NCBI RefSeq assembly: GCF_963921235.1
Contig: NC_086107.1
Coordinates: forward strand, 105,898,001 to 105,962,000
Direction: 5' to 3'
Length of the DNA: 64,000 bases
Source: Mobula hypostoma
Lineage: Eukaryota
Shown here: piece after piece, positions 48,276 to 61,089 of the stretch
Position numbering within the stretch: the first letter of the stretch is position 1
How the letters are laid out: each line of letters starts with the position of its first letter
The notes under the pieces: generated by a model
Told to the model about the DNA's origin: nothing
Database searches by the model: none
What the model saw: only the letters and a program-made list of their open reading frames with translations
Position numbers and translations under genes: made by a program

Positions 48276-51200
48276 TATATTGGATGTTTTTGGGGGCATT
48301 TTCAAGCTTCTTATATAACAATAGAGGCTTCTTAGATATATAACAATCAGATACATAATCAGTCAAAATATATAACTATTCTTTCTCTAAGAGTCAATGA
48401 ATGTTTATTGCACCGGTGTTGCTAAGAGCCAGCAGACTTGGTAATGATTTTAATGTAAACACAAGAGGAGCAGATGTTGGAAATTCAGAGCGCCACACGC
48501 AGAATGCTGGAGGAATTCAGCAAGTCAGGCAGCATCTATGGAGGGGAATAAACAGTCGTCATTTCAGGCCAAGACCCTTCATCGGGACTGGGAAGGAAAG
48601 GTACCAAAGCCAGAATGAAGACAAAGGTAGAGACATGCTTTGTTTGTCACGTGTATATTGAGACGTCCGGCGAAATGCATCGCTCGCATCAAATCAAATC
48701 AGCGAGGATTGTGCTGGGCAGCCTGCAAGTGTTGCCACACTCCCAGCGCCAACAGAGCACGCCCACAACTCACTAACCCTAACTGTACGTCTTTGGACTG
48801 TGGGAGCACCCGGAGGAAACCCACGCGCTCACAGGGAGAACGTACAACCTCCTTAGAGGCAACGGCGGGAATCGAACCCCAATCTCACAGCTGCCGCCGT
48901 AAAGCAATTATCCTAACCGTCTGCCTCCCTGTCGTCTTCAATGAGAAAGTCGAGGAGGGGAAAGAATAAGGAGGGAGGGGAGAGAAATTACCGGAAGTTA
49001 GAGACGCCTCAGTTTAGAGGTCACCCGGACGGAATGTGAGGAGTTTCCCCTGCATCTGAGTTTGGCCTCAACAATGCAGTAGAGGAGGCTGTGGATGGCC
49101 ATGTCAGAACAGGAATGGGAAGTCAAGACGAACATGAGGTGAGCATTAGAGATTCTGCTGGAAATCCAGGGTAACACACACACACGTTGCTGGAGGGACT
49201 CGGCTGGTCAGGCAGCATCTGTGGTAATGAATAAACAGTCGACATTTTGGGCCGAGTCCCTTCTTTGGGACTGAGAAGGAAGAAGGAGATACCAGGATAA
49301 AGAGGTGGGGGGGAGGGAAAGGAGGCTAACTGGAAGGTGATAGGTGAAGCTCGGTGGGTGGGAAAGGTCAAAGGCTGGAAGGAGGACTCTGATAGGAGAG
49401 AAGAGTGAACAATCGGAGAAAGGGAAGGAGGAGAGGACCCAGGGGGTGAAAGGCAGGTGAATTCTGCTCCTTAGGGGTATAAAGCTGAATTATTCAATAT
49501 TTTCAAGGCCAAGATTTTTTTGTTTTTGAGAATTAAAGATTTAAAAATTTTAGATCACATCAACCATAAGCAGAGGTAATTCTATTCATTTACTTAGAGA
49601 CACAGTGCGAGATAGACCCTTCCCGCAGACGCTGGAAATCCAGAGCAACACACACAAAATGCCGGAGGAGCTCAGCAAGTCAGGCAGCATCCGTGGAGCG
49701 GAATGAAGTGCCGATGCTTCGTGCCGAGACCCCCTCATCGGGATATTAATGTACACCGTGACAAAGCAATGCAGAGGGTCAATTCTGAGGCCAGTCTTCT
49801 GCAACCCAGCAAGTTGCTCACTCAAAGCTGTCTTTTTTTTCCTTTTGATCACCAAGAAAATGATCTTAGAGGCAACATAATGCCTAGGTTTTGGATAATT
49901 GTACTGCTGGAGGTGAAACGTTTGCGGCAGGAAGCAATTAAAGCTTATTTTGTTGCGGCATTTCTTAATTCATTTCTAAAAACAGCAAGGCCCCTTGTGT
50001 TTTTGTCTGTGGTGTCGAGCCTGGTGAGAAGGCTCAGACAGCGCTCTCTCCACAGGACGTCCTGCCCCAGCCTGTCTGTCAGCCTGGTTCGGTGCTAACC
50101 CAATCACTAACACTGTCGCGGTGGCAAGTTTGCCGTCCCATTTTTCAGTTTGCGTGATGATGAATTGAATGTGGACACGTATGTTGACCCTTATTACATA
50201 GGAGGCCACTTGGCCCATTGGATCTATACTGGCCGCCAGCAAAGCAGTCCAATCAATCCCATTCCCCCTGTACCCCTGCTATGTATTTCTTCTCACTTGC
50301 CCTGTTGATCTTGCTACCTATGCACAAATAACCGATTACACTACCATTGGTACGTGCGAGGAAACGAGGAAAACTGTTCCGAGAACAGCAAGCTTCACAG
50401 TTCCTGGGCACCGACGTCCCAGAGGGTTTACCCTGGGCCCAACACATTGATGCAGTCACGAACAAGGCAAACCAGTGACTCTACTTCGTTCGGAGTTTGA
50501 GGCGATCCGGGATGTCGCCAAGGACTCTTGCAACTTCCTGCAGATGCGCGGGGGAGAGCATTCTGATGGGTTGCATCGCGGCCTGGTACAGCAGCCCCAA
50601 TGCACAGACTTGCAAGAGACTGCAGAAGGGTTGTAGAATCAGCCAACGCCATCTGGGGCACAACCCTCCATCTATGACACCTCCAAGAGGAGGTGCCTCG
50701 AGGTGTCATCCATCAGTAAGGATCTTCACTATCCGGAAAGTCCCCTGTTCCTGCTACCACAATCAGGGAAGAGGTGCAGAAGTCCGAAGACCCACGCTCG
50801 ACAACCTCTACCCCCTGCCATCAGATTTCTGAACCGTCAATGAACACTACCTCACTAATCCTCTTTTGCACTATTTCCTCCTTTGTTCGTTTATTTATTT
50901 AAGATTCAAAGGTTTAAAGTATATCGATGATCAAACTATGTATCAGACTACAGCCCACAAAGCAAAGAAAACCATTCAAAGAAAAAAAAATCAACCCCTC
51001 ACCGCACAAAAAAAAACAAATTGCGCAAACAGCCACAAAAATAAAACAAGTAAGAAACACAGAATAAGAAACAGTCCAGGGATACTCAGTTCAGCCCAGT
51101 ATTCGTTATCTGCAGGCTGCTCCGATTCATAATCACCCAAAATGGTCGTCGTTATGTCGGGGACCGTGCTGCTGCTGTAAACAACACATATCCCATGACA

Positions 51201-51429
51201 CGCGTCGGTGGTAACAAACCCGGTTCTAGTTCTGATTGCAGTGCCAGAGGTCGGGATTGAGCTCGGGTTGCCAGAGCGGCGAAGTAGCAGGACTACCCGC
51301 TGCACCGTCGTGTGAGTTAGGTCCCATTACAGCACAGGGGACTGGCCCTTCAGCCCGTAAGATTGTTTCAGTCGTAACCCTGCACTCTGCTGTTTTTGTT
51401 AACCTTTTGTACCACCTCAATACCTGACC

Positions 51430-52230
51430 GTCCAGTGTGGAGGGGCCGCTCCACAGGATATGAAAAAGCTGCAGAAAGTTGTAAGCTCAGCAAGATTCTC
51501 CGTGGGCACTAGTCTCCCCGGCACCCAGGACACCTTCAAAAGCTGATGCCTCGAAAAGGCGGCATCCATCATTAAGGACCTCCATCACCCAGGACATGCC
51601 CTCTTCTCATTACTATCATCAGGGAGGAGGTACAGAAGCCTGAAGACACACACTCAACATTTCAGGAACAGCTTCTTCCCCTCTGCCATCATATTTCTGA
51701 GTGGACTTTGAACCCATGAACACTTCCTTATTATTTTCCCCTGTCTTTATTCCCATCGTCCAGGACATGCTCTCTTCTCATTACTACCATCAAGGACGAG
51801 GTACTGAAGTCTGAAGACACACACCCAGTGTTTCAGGAACAGCTTCTTCCCCTCTGTCACCACATCTCTGAGTGGACTTTGAACCCACGAACACTACCTG
51901 ATTATTTTCCCCTGTCTTAATTCCCATCGTCCAGGACATGCTCTCTTCTCATTGTTACCATCAAGGATGAGGTATAGGAACCTGAAGACACACACCCAGT
52001 GTTTCAGGAAACAACTTCTTCCCCTTTGTCACCACATTTCTGAATGGACATTGAACCCATGAACCTTTTCTCAGTATATTCCCCCTCTTTTTTTGCACTG
52101 CTTATTTAATTCAATGTTTTATATATATTCCTTATTGTAATTTATAATTTTTATTATTATGTATTGCAATTATGTATTGCAACAAATTTCACAACGTATG
52201 CCAGTGCTATTAAACCTGATTCTGATTATG
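51430..52230 (+). mobile_element. Rex1/Babar-type LINE 3' end with an internal 171-bp tandem triplication
   Basis: CCAGGACATGC unit starts at 51589, 51760 and 51931. Confidence 0.8.
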
Positions 52231-52337
52231 TACGGCATGAAATGTTCACATAGCATACAAAGAGAAGGTTTTTTTAAACTGTGTCTCAGTACATGGCAAT
52301 AATAAATCAATTTTGTTTATTATTTAAAACGTGTTTT

Positions 52338-52730
52338 TTGTTTTACAGAAACTTGGCTATCCAGATGCAGCGATACGTCTGGCTGGCTTCACAATTCACC
52401 GCCAAGACTGGACTGCTGAGTCTCTCAAAGGCACAGGAGGTGAAGTGTGGTTTATGATCAACTCCTTGTGGTGTACGAGTGTGGCGATGCTGTTCCAGTC
52501 CTGCTCACCTGACCTGGAACATCTCGCCATCAAGTGCAGTCCATTTTACCTGCCGCGGGAGTTTTCAGCCATAATCTTGGTAGCGGTGTACATCCCATCT
52601 CAAGCCCATGTCGAACAGGCGATAGATGAACTGAGCAATGTAATCGACAGACATGAAAGAATGCATATTGCTGCCTTCCCTATCATTATGGGCTATTTTA
52701 GCCGGGCCAGCTTGAAAAAAATGCTGGAAA
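52338..52730 (+). mobile_element. LINE AP-endonuclease fragment (Rex1/L2 type)
   Basis: GFTIHRQD...GGEVWFMINSLWC...CSPDLEHLAIKCSPFYLPREFSAIILVAVYIP...IIMGYF. Confidence 0.8.
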
Positions 52731-53099
52731 TCTGAAGTAAAAACACTACTGCACTACCATCAACTTGGATTGTGTTTTTGCACTAATGCCTTGTTTTGCA
52801 CTATTTTGTGTAATTTATGCATAATTCATGTTCTATTTGTTGTCTGAGTGTACGTACCTGAGAAGCTGCTGCAAGCAGTTTTTCATAGAACCTCACTGTA
52901 TTTGTAAGCATGATAATAACCTCGACTAGACAGCTTGTCTTGTCTTGATTTTCTTTCCTCCGGCAGGTGGATGAATTCAGTCAATTTTCTTATCATAATT
53001 TTATTTTGATTTTGACTTTTGTTGGGATATGGGACAGCAACATACCCTTTCAGCCCTATAAGATTGTGTCACCCAATTAGTTATTAACTTAAAAAAAAA

Positions 53100-53520
53100 A
53101 TTCTCAGCTCAAGTTGGTAAAACCTGAGACACGGGTGTAGCCAAGTACACTCATTTCTCAACTGCTAGGAACTTCCTGACTATTCTAGTGGTGTTTAGTA
53201 TTGAGGCTTTCTGGAGATTTACATAAATATTGCTGTGTAGCCCTAATTGTTTAATGGTATGGTGCAGTGCCTTTGGGGTGATACCAGTTGTGGATATTAC
53301 TATTGGGACAATGTATACCCTGTTCATGTTCCATAGTCTTTCAATTTCCTCTTTTAATTCAGCATACTTCTGGTGTTTTTCACTTAATGATTGCTGTAAG
53401 TTATGTGTGTTTAGAATGGTTATATCTAATAAGTAAGTTGTTCTTGCTGGTTTAACCTGTATTATTATATCTGGAAGGTTGTTATGGATTGTCCTATCTG
53501 TAATAACGGGTCGGTCATAA
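53100..53520 (-). mobile_element. R4/Dong-clade non-LTR retrotransposon 3' fragment (restriction-like endonuclease)
   Basis: TDRTIHNNLPDII...YLLDI...EKHQKYAELKEEIERLW...IVPIVISTTG...LQKASILNTTRIVRKFL, a PD-D..K..KY RLE signature. Confidence 0.8.
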
Positions 53521-53705
53521 TTATTATTATTATTGAGATACAGTGCACAATAGGCCCTTCCAGCTCTTTGAGCCACACCACCCAGTAACCCTCCAATTTA
53601 ACCCTAGCCAAGTCACGGGACCAATTACCCCACCAACCAGCACGTCATTGGACTGTGGGAGGAAACCAGAGCACCTGGAGGAAACTTACAGAGTCACAGG
53701 GAGAA

Positions 53706-54385
53706 AAAGCTTCCGGGGTCAATATCACAAATGACCTGACTTGGTCCAACCAAGCAGAGACCACTGCCAAGAAGGCCCACCAGTGTCTTTACTTCCTGAG
53801 AAAGCTAAAGAAATTTGGCCTGTCCCCTAAAACCCTCACTAATTTTTATAAATGCACCGTAGAAAGCATTCTTCTAGGGTGCATCACAACCTGGTATGGA
53901 AGTTGTCCTGTCCAAGACCGGAAGAAGCTGCAGAAGATCGTGAACACGGCCCAGCACATCACACAAACCAATCTTCCATCCTTGGACTCACTTTACACCG
54001 CACGCTGTCAGAGCAGTGCTGCCAGGATAATCAAGGACACGACCCACCCAGCCAACACACTTTTCAACCCTCTTCCCTCCAGGAGAAAGCTCAGGAGCTT
54101 GAAGACTCGTATGGCCAGATTTGGGAACAACTTCTTTCCAACTGTGATAAGACTGCTGAACGGATCCTGACCCGGATCTGGGCCGTACCCTCCAAATATC
54201 CGGACCTGCCTCTCAGTTTTTTTTGCACTACCTTACTTTCCATTTTCTATTTTCTATTTATGATTTATAATTTAAATTTTTAATATTTACTATCGATTTG
54301 TACTCCAGGGAGCGGGATGCGCAGAATCAAATATCACTGTGATGATTGTACGTTCTAGTATCAATTGTTTGGCGACAATAAAGTA
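53706..54385 (+). mobile_element. Rex1/Babar-type LINE 3' fragment inserted into a minus-strand SINE
   Basis: GVNITNDLTWS...KKAHQCLYFLRKLKKFGLSPKTLTNFYKCTVESILLGCITTWYG. The SINE is broken at cacagggagaa and resumes at tataaactccttatagac. Confidence 0.85.
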
Positions 54386-55924
54386 TATATAAACTCCTTA
54401 TAGACAACGGCGGGAATAGAATCCAGGTCACCTGTACTTTAAAGCGTTGTGCTAACCACTATGCTACCGTGCTGTCCCAACTACACCCACGTGACGAATT
54501 ACCCTACCAATCTGTATGTCTTTGGAACGTGGGAGCAAACCAGAGCACCCAGAGAAAACCCATGTGGACATGGAAGAGCATACAAACTCCTTGCAGGCAC
54601 CGGTGGAATTGAACCCGGGTCACTAGCGTTACACAGTCTGGTGGTTTCATGCCCATTGAACCTAACCATTTCCATTTAACTTTGGTTGAATTTCCTCATC
54701 AGCTGGGTTCAGAACTCACCACTCTGTCCAACCATTTGGGTGTTTGGATTTCTAGTTCAGTAAAATGGCTCTTACTGCAACATCTTCCTCCAAAGAGAAA
54801 AGCAGCAATCTCACGGAACATGGTGCCAGGAGGGAACAGTTCATCCTCTCACCTATCAATAAAACCTCCCTACCATTGATGCTCTCCGTAAGTCTGCAAC
54901 TTGGCTAACCTTGGAAGCACAAGAGGCTGCAGGTACTGGAATCTGGAGCAACACACAAAAATCTGGAGCAACTCTGGGGATCTGGCAGCATCATTAATGG
55001 GACCAATCCAGACGAAGGGTCTCAAATCGAAGCATCAGCTGCCCATCTCTCCCCACAGATGTTGCCTGATCTGTTGAGTTCTTCCAACTTTCCGTGGGCT
55101 GCAATTGGTCAACAATTGTCCTGTGTGAGCTTGCTGTGTCCGTGCCAGAATATACTTGCAGTTTTCCCCCAGCATATCCTTAGGTTCTGTTGGTTGTGAA
55201 GGCAAACAGCACATGTCATTGTATGTTTCCATATATCTGTTCGTCCATTATGTGCCGTGTTGGATGACGTGAGCGATCATGGTCTTTCCATGACTATTCT
55301 TGGCAAATTCTTCTACAGAAGTGCTTTACCATTGCCTTCTTCTGGGAAGTGTCTTTACAAGACAGGTGAGTCCAGCCATTGTCCATGCTTTTCAGAGAAT
55401 GTCTGCCTGGCGTCAGTGGTCACGTAGCCAGGACTTGTGATATGCACCAGCTGCTCATACGACCATCCACCACCTGTTACCATGGCTTCACGTGACCCTG
55501 ATCGTGGGGATAAGCAGGTGCTACATTTTGCCCAAGGCTAGCAGAGGGAAAGAGCGCCTTACACCTCCTTTGGTAGAGACGTACACCACCCTGCCACCCA
55601 TGTTCGATGGATAAGTGATAAATAAACAAGTGAATCTGATCTGAGTCCTCATCTGACATAGGTCGATGGGAGGGCGCAGGCTCTTGACTGAAGGTTTACA
55701 ACTTTATCTCCACACTTTGTTATGTGGATAAGTTGGGAACAACCTGAAAGTGTCACCATACATTCTGGCACCAACCACACAGGACACTCTATCAAGGGGA
55801 ATTGTTGCTTGCTTGCTGGCAGGAATATTCAAAGTTCAAGGTAAATTTATTGCTGAAGTACTATATAAGATTTAGCATATATAAGATTCATTTTCTTGCA
55901 GGTATTCACAATAGAACAAAGAAA

Positions 55925-56437
55925 TCCTTGCCATAGAGGGAGTACAAAGAAGGTTCACCAGATTGATTCCTGGGATGGCAGAACTTTCATATGAAGAAAG
56001 ACTGGATGAACTGGGCTTGTACTCGTTGGAATTTAGAAGATTGAGGGGGGATCTGATTGAAACGTATAAGATCCTAAAGGGATTGGACAGGCTAGATGCA
56101 GGAAGATTGTTCCCGATGTTGGGGAAGTCCAGAACGAGGGGCCACAGTTTGAGGATAGAGGGGAAGCCTTTTAGGACCGAGATTAGGAAAAACTTCTTCA
56201 CACAGAGATTGGTGAATCTGTGGAATTCTCTGCCACAGGAAACAGTTGAGGCCAGTTCATTGGCTATATTTAAGAGGGAGTTAGATATGGCCCTTGTGGC
56301 TACGGGGGTCAGGGGGTATGGAGGGAAGGCTGGGGTGGGGTTCTGAGTTGGATGATCAGCCATGATCATAATAAATGGCGGTGCAGGCTCAAAGGGCCGA
56401 ATGGCCTACTCCTGCACCTATTTTCTATGTTTCTATG
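55925..56437 (+). mobile_element. Young CR1 LINE, 5'-truncated
   Basis: Intact C-terminal ORF (55963-56346), 3' UTR and (TTTCTATG)n tail; nearly identical to 60568-61080. Confidence 0.92.
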
Positions 56438-59400
56438 AAATACCATAGAATCAACGAAAAACCACACACAGACTGACAGATAACCAATGTCCAAAAGTGG
56501 GTAGGTAAAGGTAAAGCTCGTCCCTGCACCTTGTTTGGGCGCATCGGGACGGCAAACTTGCTGTTTCTTTAGCGTTTGTCTGCTCTACCAGGCAGACTTG
56601 CTAGCTCGACCTCAACCAGCACAGATGGAAAACGTGCGAGATGCCGGCCAGATCAGAACCCGGGACTTCTCGCTCTGAAGTCCAGTGCGGACACCAGTGC
56701 ACCACTGGTACAGACAGTCAAATGAAGGCATCTGTTCAAATTAGATTAGATTAGATTATGAGGACACGCAGTCCTCTTTTATTGTCATTTATTAATGCAT
56801 GCATTAAGAAATGATACAATGTTCCTCCAGTGTGATATCACAGAAATACAAGACAGACCAAGACTGAAAAACTGACAAAAACCACATAATTATAACAGAT
56901 AGTTACAACAGTGCAAAGCAATACCGTAATTTGATGAAGAACAGACCATGGGCACGGTAAAAAAAAGTCTCAAAATCTCTCGAAAGTCCCATCATCTCAC
57001 GCAGACGGTAGAAGGAAGAAACTCTCCCTGCCATGAGCTTCCAGCACCGCAAACTTGCCGATGCAGCATCCTGGAAGCACCCGACCACAGTCCAACTCTC
57101 AGTCCGTCTGAAAACTTCGAGCCTCCGACCAGCTCTCCGACACCGAGCACCGAGCACCATCTCTGCCGAGTGCTTCAACCCCATTCCCGGCCGCCAGCAA
57201 CAGGCGAAGCCGAGGATTTGGGGCCTTCCCTCCGGAGATTCTCGATCGCACAGCAGCAGCGGCAGCGAACCAGGCATTTCAGAAGTTACTCCAGATGTTC
57301 CTCTGTGCTTCTCACATCCATCTCCATCAAATCAGGATTGTGCACGGCCCCCTATTTAACAAATACGATATCATTTCACTGGAGAGGCCGCGTGCACTGC
57401 ATTGCGCCACCATCTTCTCCTCCCTCCTTAGCAAAAATGCAAAAAAACTCAATAATAAATAGATAATACTGAGGACATGAGTTGTAGAGACCTTGAAAGT
57501 GAGTCCCTAGGCCGCTCAATTAGTTTAGTGTTGAGTTGAGTGAAGTTATCCACGCTGGTTCAGGAGCCTGATGGTTGGAGAGTAATAACTGTTCCTGAAC
57601 CTGGTGGCATGGGACCTGGGTCCCCTGTATCTCCTTCCCGATGGCAGCAGTGAGAAGAGAACCTCGATGTTGGGGATTGTTGATGATGGAGGCTGCTTGT
57701 GACAGTACTCCTCACAGATGTGCTCAGTGGTGGGGGAGGGAGTGTAACCATCACTTTTTGTGGGATTTTTCAATCTCGGGCATTGCTGTGACACCAGGTC
57801 ATGATGCAACCAGTCAGGAAACTCCCCACTGTGCATCTAGCAAAGTGCGCAAGTCCAGTTGAAATCATAGCGTTAGCACGGTCAGGTCCTGTGGTCTCCC
57901 CTGCTTACTGAGGGAGAGTGAGGGAGGTCGAGAAGAACGGTTCGAAAATTGGGGTTATCATTTGGATCTGCTTCCTGTCCACTTACTGTCCGCCATCTTA
58001 TCCAGCCTGTGGTTTCCCTGTTAACCCTTCTTCCTGAAACTGTCCTCATACTGGGACCAGAACCAGGCTCAGAACGGAAGCCAAGCTTTAGAGATGAGGT
58101 TGGGGATGGCCACAATGCAGTTAGAGTGAGCCGAGAACAATTTTATTGCCCTGGTCAGACATACCTGGGGTATAAGTTCCATAAGTTTGCTTCTTGCAGC
58201 AGAAGCACAGTACAATCATAAATTCCATAAACTTGAATTAACATAAATTATACATAACTTACACAACACAATAAAAATAGTATGTCATTAGCACAAGCTG
58301 AGTGAAATATAGTCTGAGGTATAATTAAAGAGATTAGCTTTTATTTGTTACATCTACATCAAAACATACAGTGAAATGTGTCATTTGCATCAAATCCAAT
58401 CAGTGAGGATTGTGCTGGGCAGCCCGCAAATGCTGCTGCACTTCCAAGTCCAACATGGCATGCCCACTACTTACTAGCCCTTACCCGTAGGTGTTTGGAC
58501 TGTGGGAAGAAACCAGAGCACCCAGAGGAAACACACACAGTCACGGGAAGAACAGGCAACGGTAGGAATTGGACTCCAATCAGTGCCCGCCGGAGCTGTA
58601 TTAGCGTTACACTAATCACTATGCTACCTCAGGGCTTTCCATGTCAGCTTGAGAGCCTGACAGCAATGGGGAAGAAACTATTATTGAACTTTGAGGTGTG
58701 GGTCTTCAGGCTCCCGTACCTCCTGACTGATGGAGGCAAAGAGAGGAGGGGAGGGCCCAGACAGTGAGGGCCCTTATTGGTAAATGTCACCTTCCTGAGA
58801 CAACTGATGTCCTCGGTGGTGGGGAGAACTGTATCCGTGATGTGAGGGATTGAAAGGATAAAATCCAATCCTTTTCATCTGATTTTCCATAGCAAAAAAA
58901 GATATCTGAGTTAGAAGATTGCACAAGATGTATCTTGGGATATTATTTCAATGCTCGTTCAAAATCGTTTACATTACATCATGCACAGAGGAACAATACA
59001 CGTAATATAAGAACTCCACATCCTTTCGGCTTATGCCCTCGTTTAAAACTGTGCTTTTGGTCATTGCAACTTAAAATAATCGTTTGCACTCCACCATACT
59101 GTGGCTCCATCCACCAGCAAGATCCTGTTCCAAAATAAAATCAGAACATGGCTAAAACAAAAACGTCAGTCTTCTAATCTTAGTACGAAAGCTGAAATTT
59201 GAATGACTTACTCCATAACCGAGCAGGCGTCGATCTCCACCAAACTGACACTCTGCGTGTTCCTGAAGGTACCCAGTGCTCCCCGTTGAAATTAATTAAG
59301 CCGCTCTAAGTTGTGAATGTTGGTGCCTGATTGGTTGCAGTGTGCATTATGAAGATCCCAATACTGATCTGACTTGCTTCTTGGTAATCAGTGTCTCTCT

Positions 59401-59631
59401 GGGATCTGAAGGTTGTAGTGCTGTTCTTTGGTACTGTACTGAGGGAGAACCCACACTGTCATTGCTGCACCTTCGAGGGCTGCTGTAATCTGGTGCAAGG
59501 CACTGAAAGAGCACGAAAGGCCGAGCAGCATCTGGTGGAGGCAAAGACATCGTCAGGATCCTGGGTGAGAGAGAACATGTTACAGTGGAGGAACAGGATT
59601 GATGGGAATGCGTAGACACGAGGGGTTGAAT

Positions 59632-59825
59632 GGTACGGTGAGGCGGCTAAAAGAGCTATTGCCTCACAACACCTGGGACCCGGGGTTCAATCCTAACCTC
59701 GGGACCTGTCTGTGCGGAGTTTGCACGTTCTCCCGGTGACCATGCGGGTCTCCCCCAGGTGCTCCAGTTTCCTCCCACATCCCAGATACGTGTGGTTTGG
59801 AAGGTTAATTGCTCGCCGTAAATTA
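59632..59825 (+). mobile_element. tRNA-derived V-SINE (HE1-like); further copies near 18150-18320 and 36570-36760
   Basis: B-box GGTTCAATCC followed by the V-domain GGAGTTTGCACGTTCTCCC...TGCTCCAGTTTCCTCCCACA. Confidence 0.7.
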
Positions 59826-59869
59826 TAGGGGAGTTGGAGAAACAAGCGTAACAAAAAATATTTTTGGAA

Positions 59870-61089
59870 TCAGAACCAGTGGATGTGGTATATTTGGATT
59901 TTCAAAAGGCTTTTGACAAGGTCCCACACAGGAGATTAGTGTGCAAACTTAAAGCATATTGGGGGTATGGTATTGATGTGGATAGAGAATTGGTTGGCAG
60001 ACAGGAAGCAAAGAGTGGGAATAAACGGGACCTTTTCAGAATGGCAGGCGGTGACTAGTGGGGTACCGCAAGGCTCAGTGCTGGGACCCCAGTTGTTTAC
60101 AATATATATTAATGACTTAGATGAGGGAATTAAATGCAGCATCTCCAAGTTTGCGGATGACACGAAGCTGGGCGGCAGTGTTAGCTGTGAGGAGGATGCT
60201 AAGAGGATGCAGGGTGACTTGGATAGGTTAGGTGAGTGGGCAAATTCATGGCAGATGCAATTTAATGTGGATAAGTGTGAAGTTATCCACTTTGGTGGCA
60301 AAAACAGGAAAACAGATTATTATCTGAATGGTGGCCGATTAGGAAAAGGGGAGGTGCAACGAGACCTGGGTGTCATTATACACCAGTCATTGAAAGTGGG
60401 CATGCAGGTACAGCAGGCGGTGAAAAAGGCGAATGGTATGCTGGCATTTATAGCGAGAGGATTCGAGTACAGGAGCAGGGAGATACTACTGCAGTTGTAC
60501 AAGGCCTTGGTGAGACCACACCTGGAGATTTGTGTGCAGTTTTGGTGTCCTAATCTGAGGAAAGCCATCCTTGCCATAGAGGGAGTACAAAGAAGGTTCA
60601 CCAGATTGATTCCTGGGATGGCAGGACTTTCATATGATGAAAGACTGGATGAACTAGGCTTATACTCATTGAAATTTAGAAGATTGAGGGGGGATCTGAT
60701 TGAAACGTATAAAACCCTAAAGGGATTGGACAGGCTAGATGCAGGAAGATTGTTCCCGATGTTGGGGAAGTCCAGAACGAGGGGTCACAGTTTGAGGATA
60801 AAGGGGAAGCCTTTTAGGACCGAGATTAGGAAAAACTTCTTCACACAGAGGGTGGTGAATCTGTGGAATTCTCTGCCACAGGAAACAGTTGAGGCCAGTT
60901 CATTGGCTATATTTAAGAGGGAGTTAGATATGGCCCTTGTGGCTAAAGGGATCAGGGGGTATGGAAGGAAGGCTGGTACAGGGTTCTGAGTTGGATGATC
61001 AGCCATGATCATACTGAATGGCGGTGTAGGCTCGAAGGGCTGAATGGCCTACTCCTGCACCTATTTTCTATGTTTCTATGTTTCTATGT
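59870..61089 (+). mobile_element. CR1 LINE, 5'-truncated, reverse transcriptase C-terminal half
   Basis: VDVVYLDFQKAFDKVPHRRL (frameshift), SGVPQGSVLGPQLFTIYINDL, SKFADDTKL, LVRPHLE; (TTTCTATG)n tail. Confidence 0.96.

Noticed and set aside
59967..60989. Host gene or novel reverse transcriptase system
   Set aside because: Ordinary 5'-truncated CR1 ORF2 with an upstream frameshift and the typical 3' tail.
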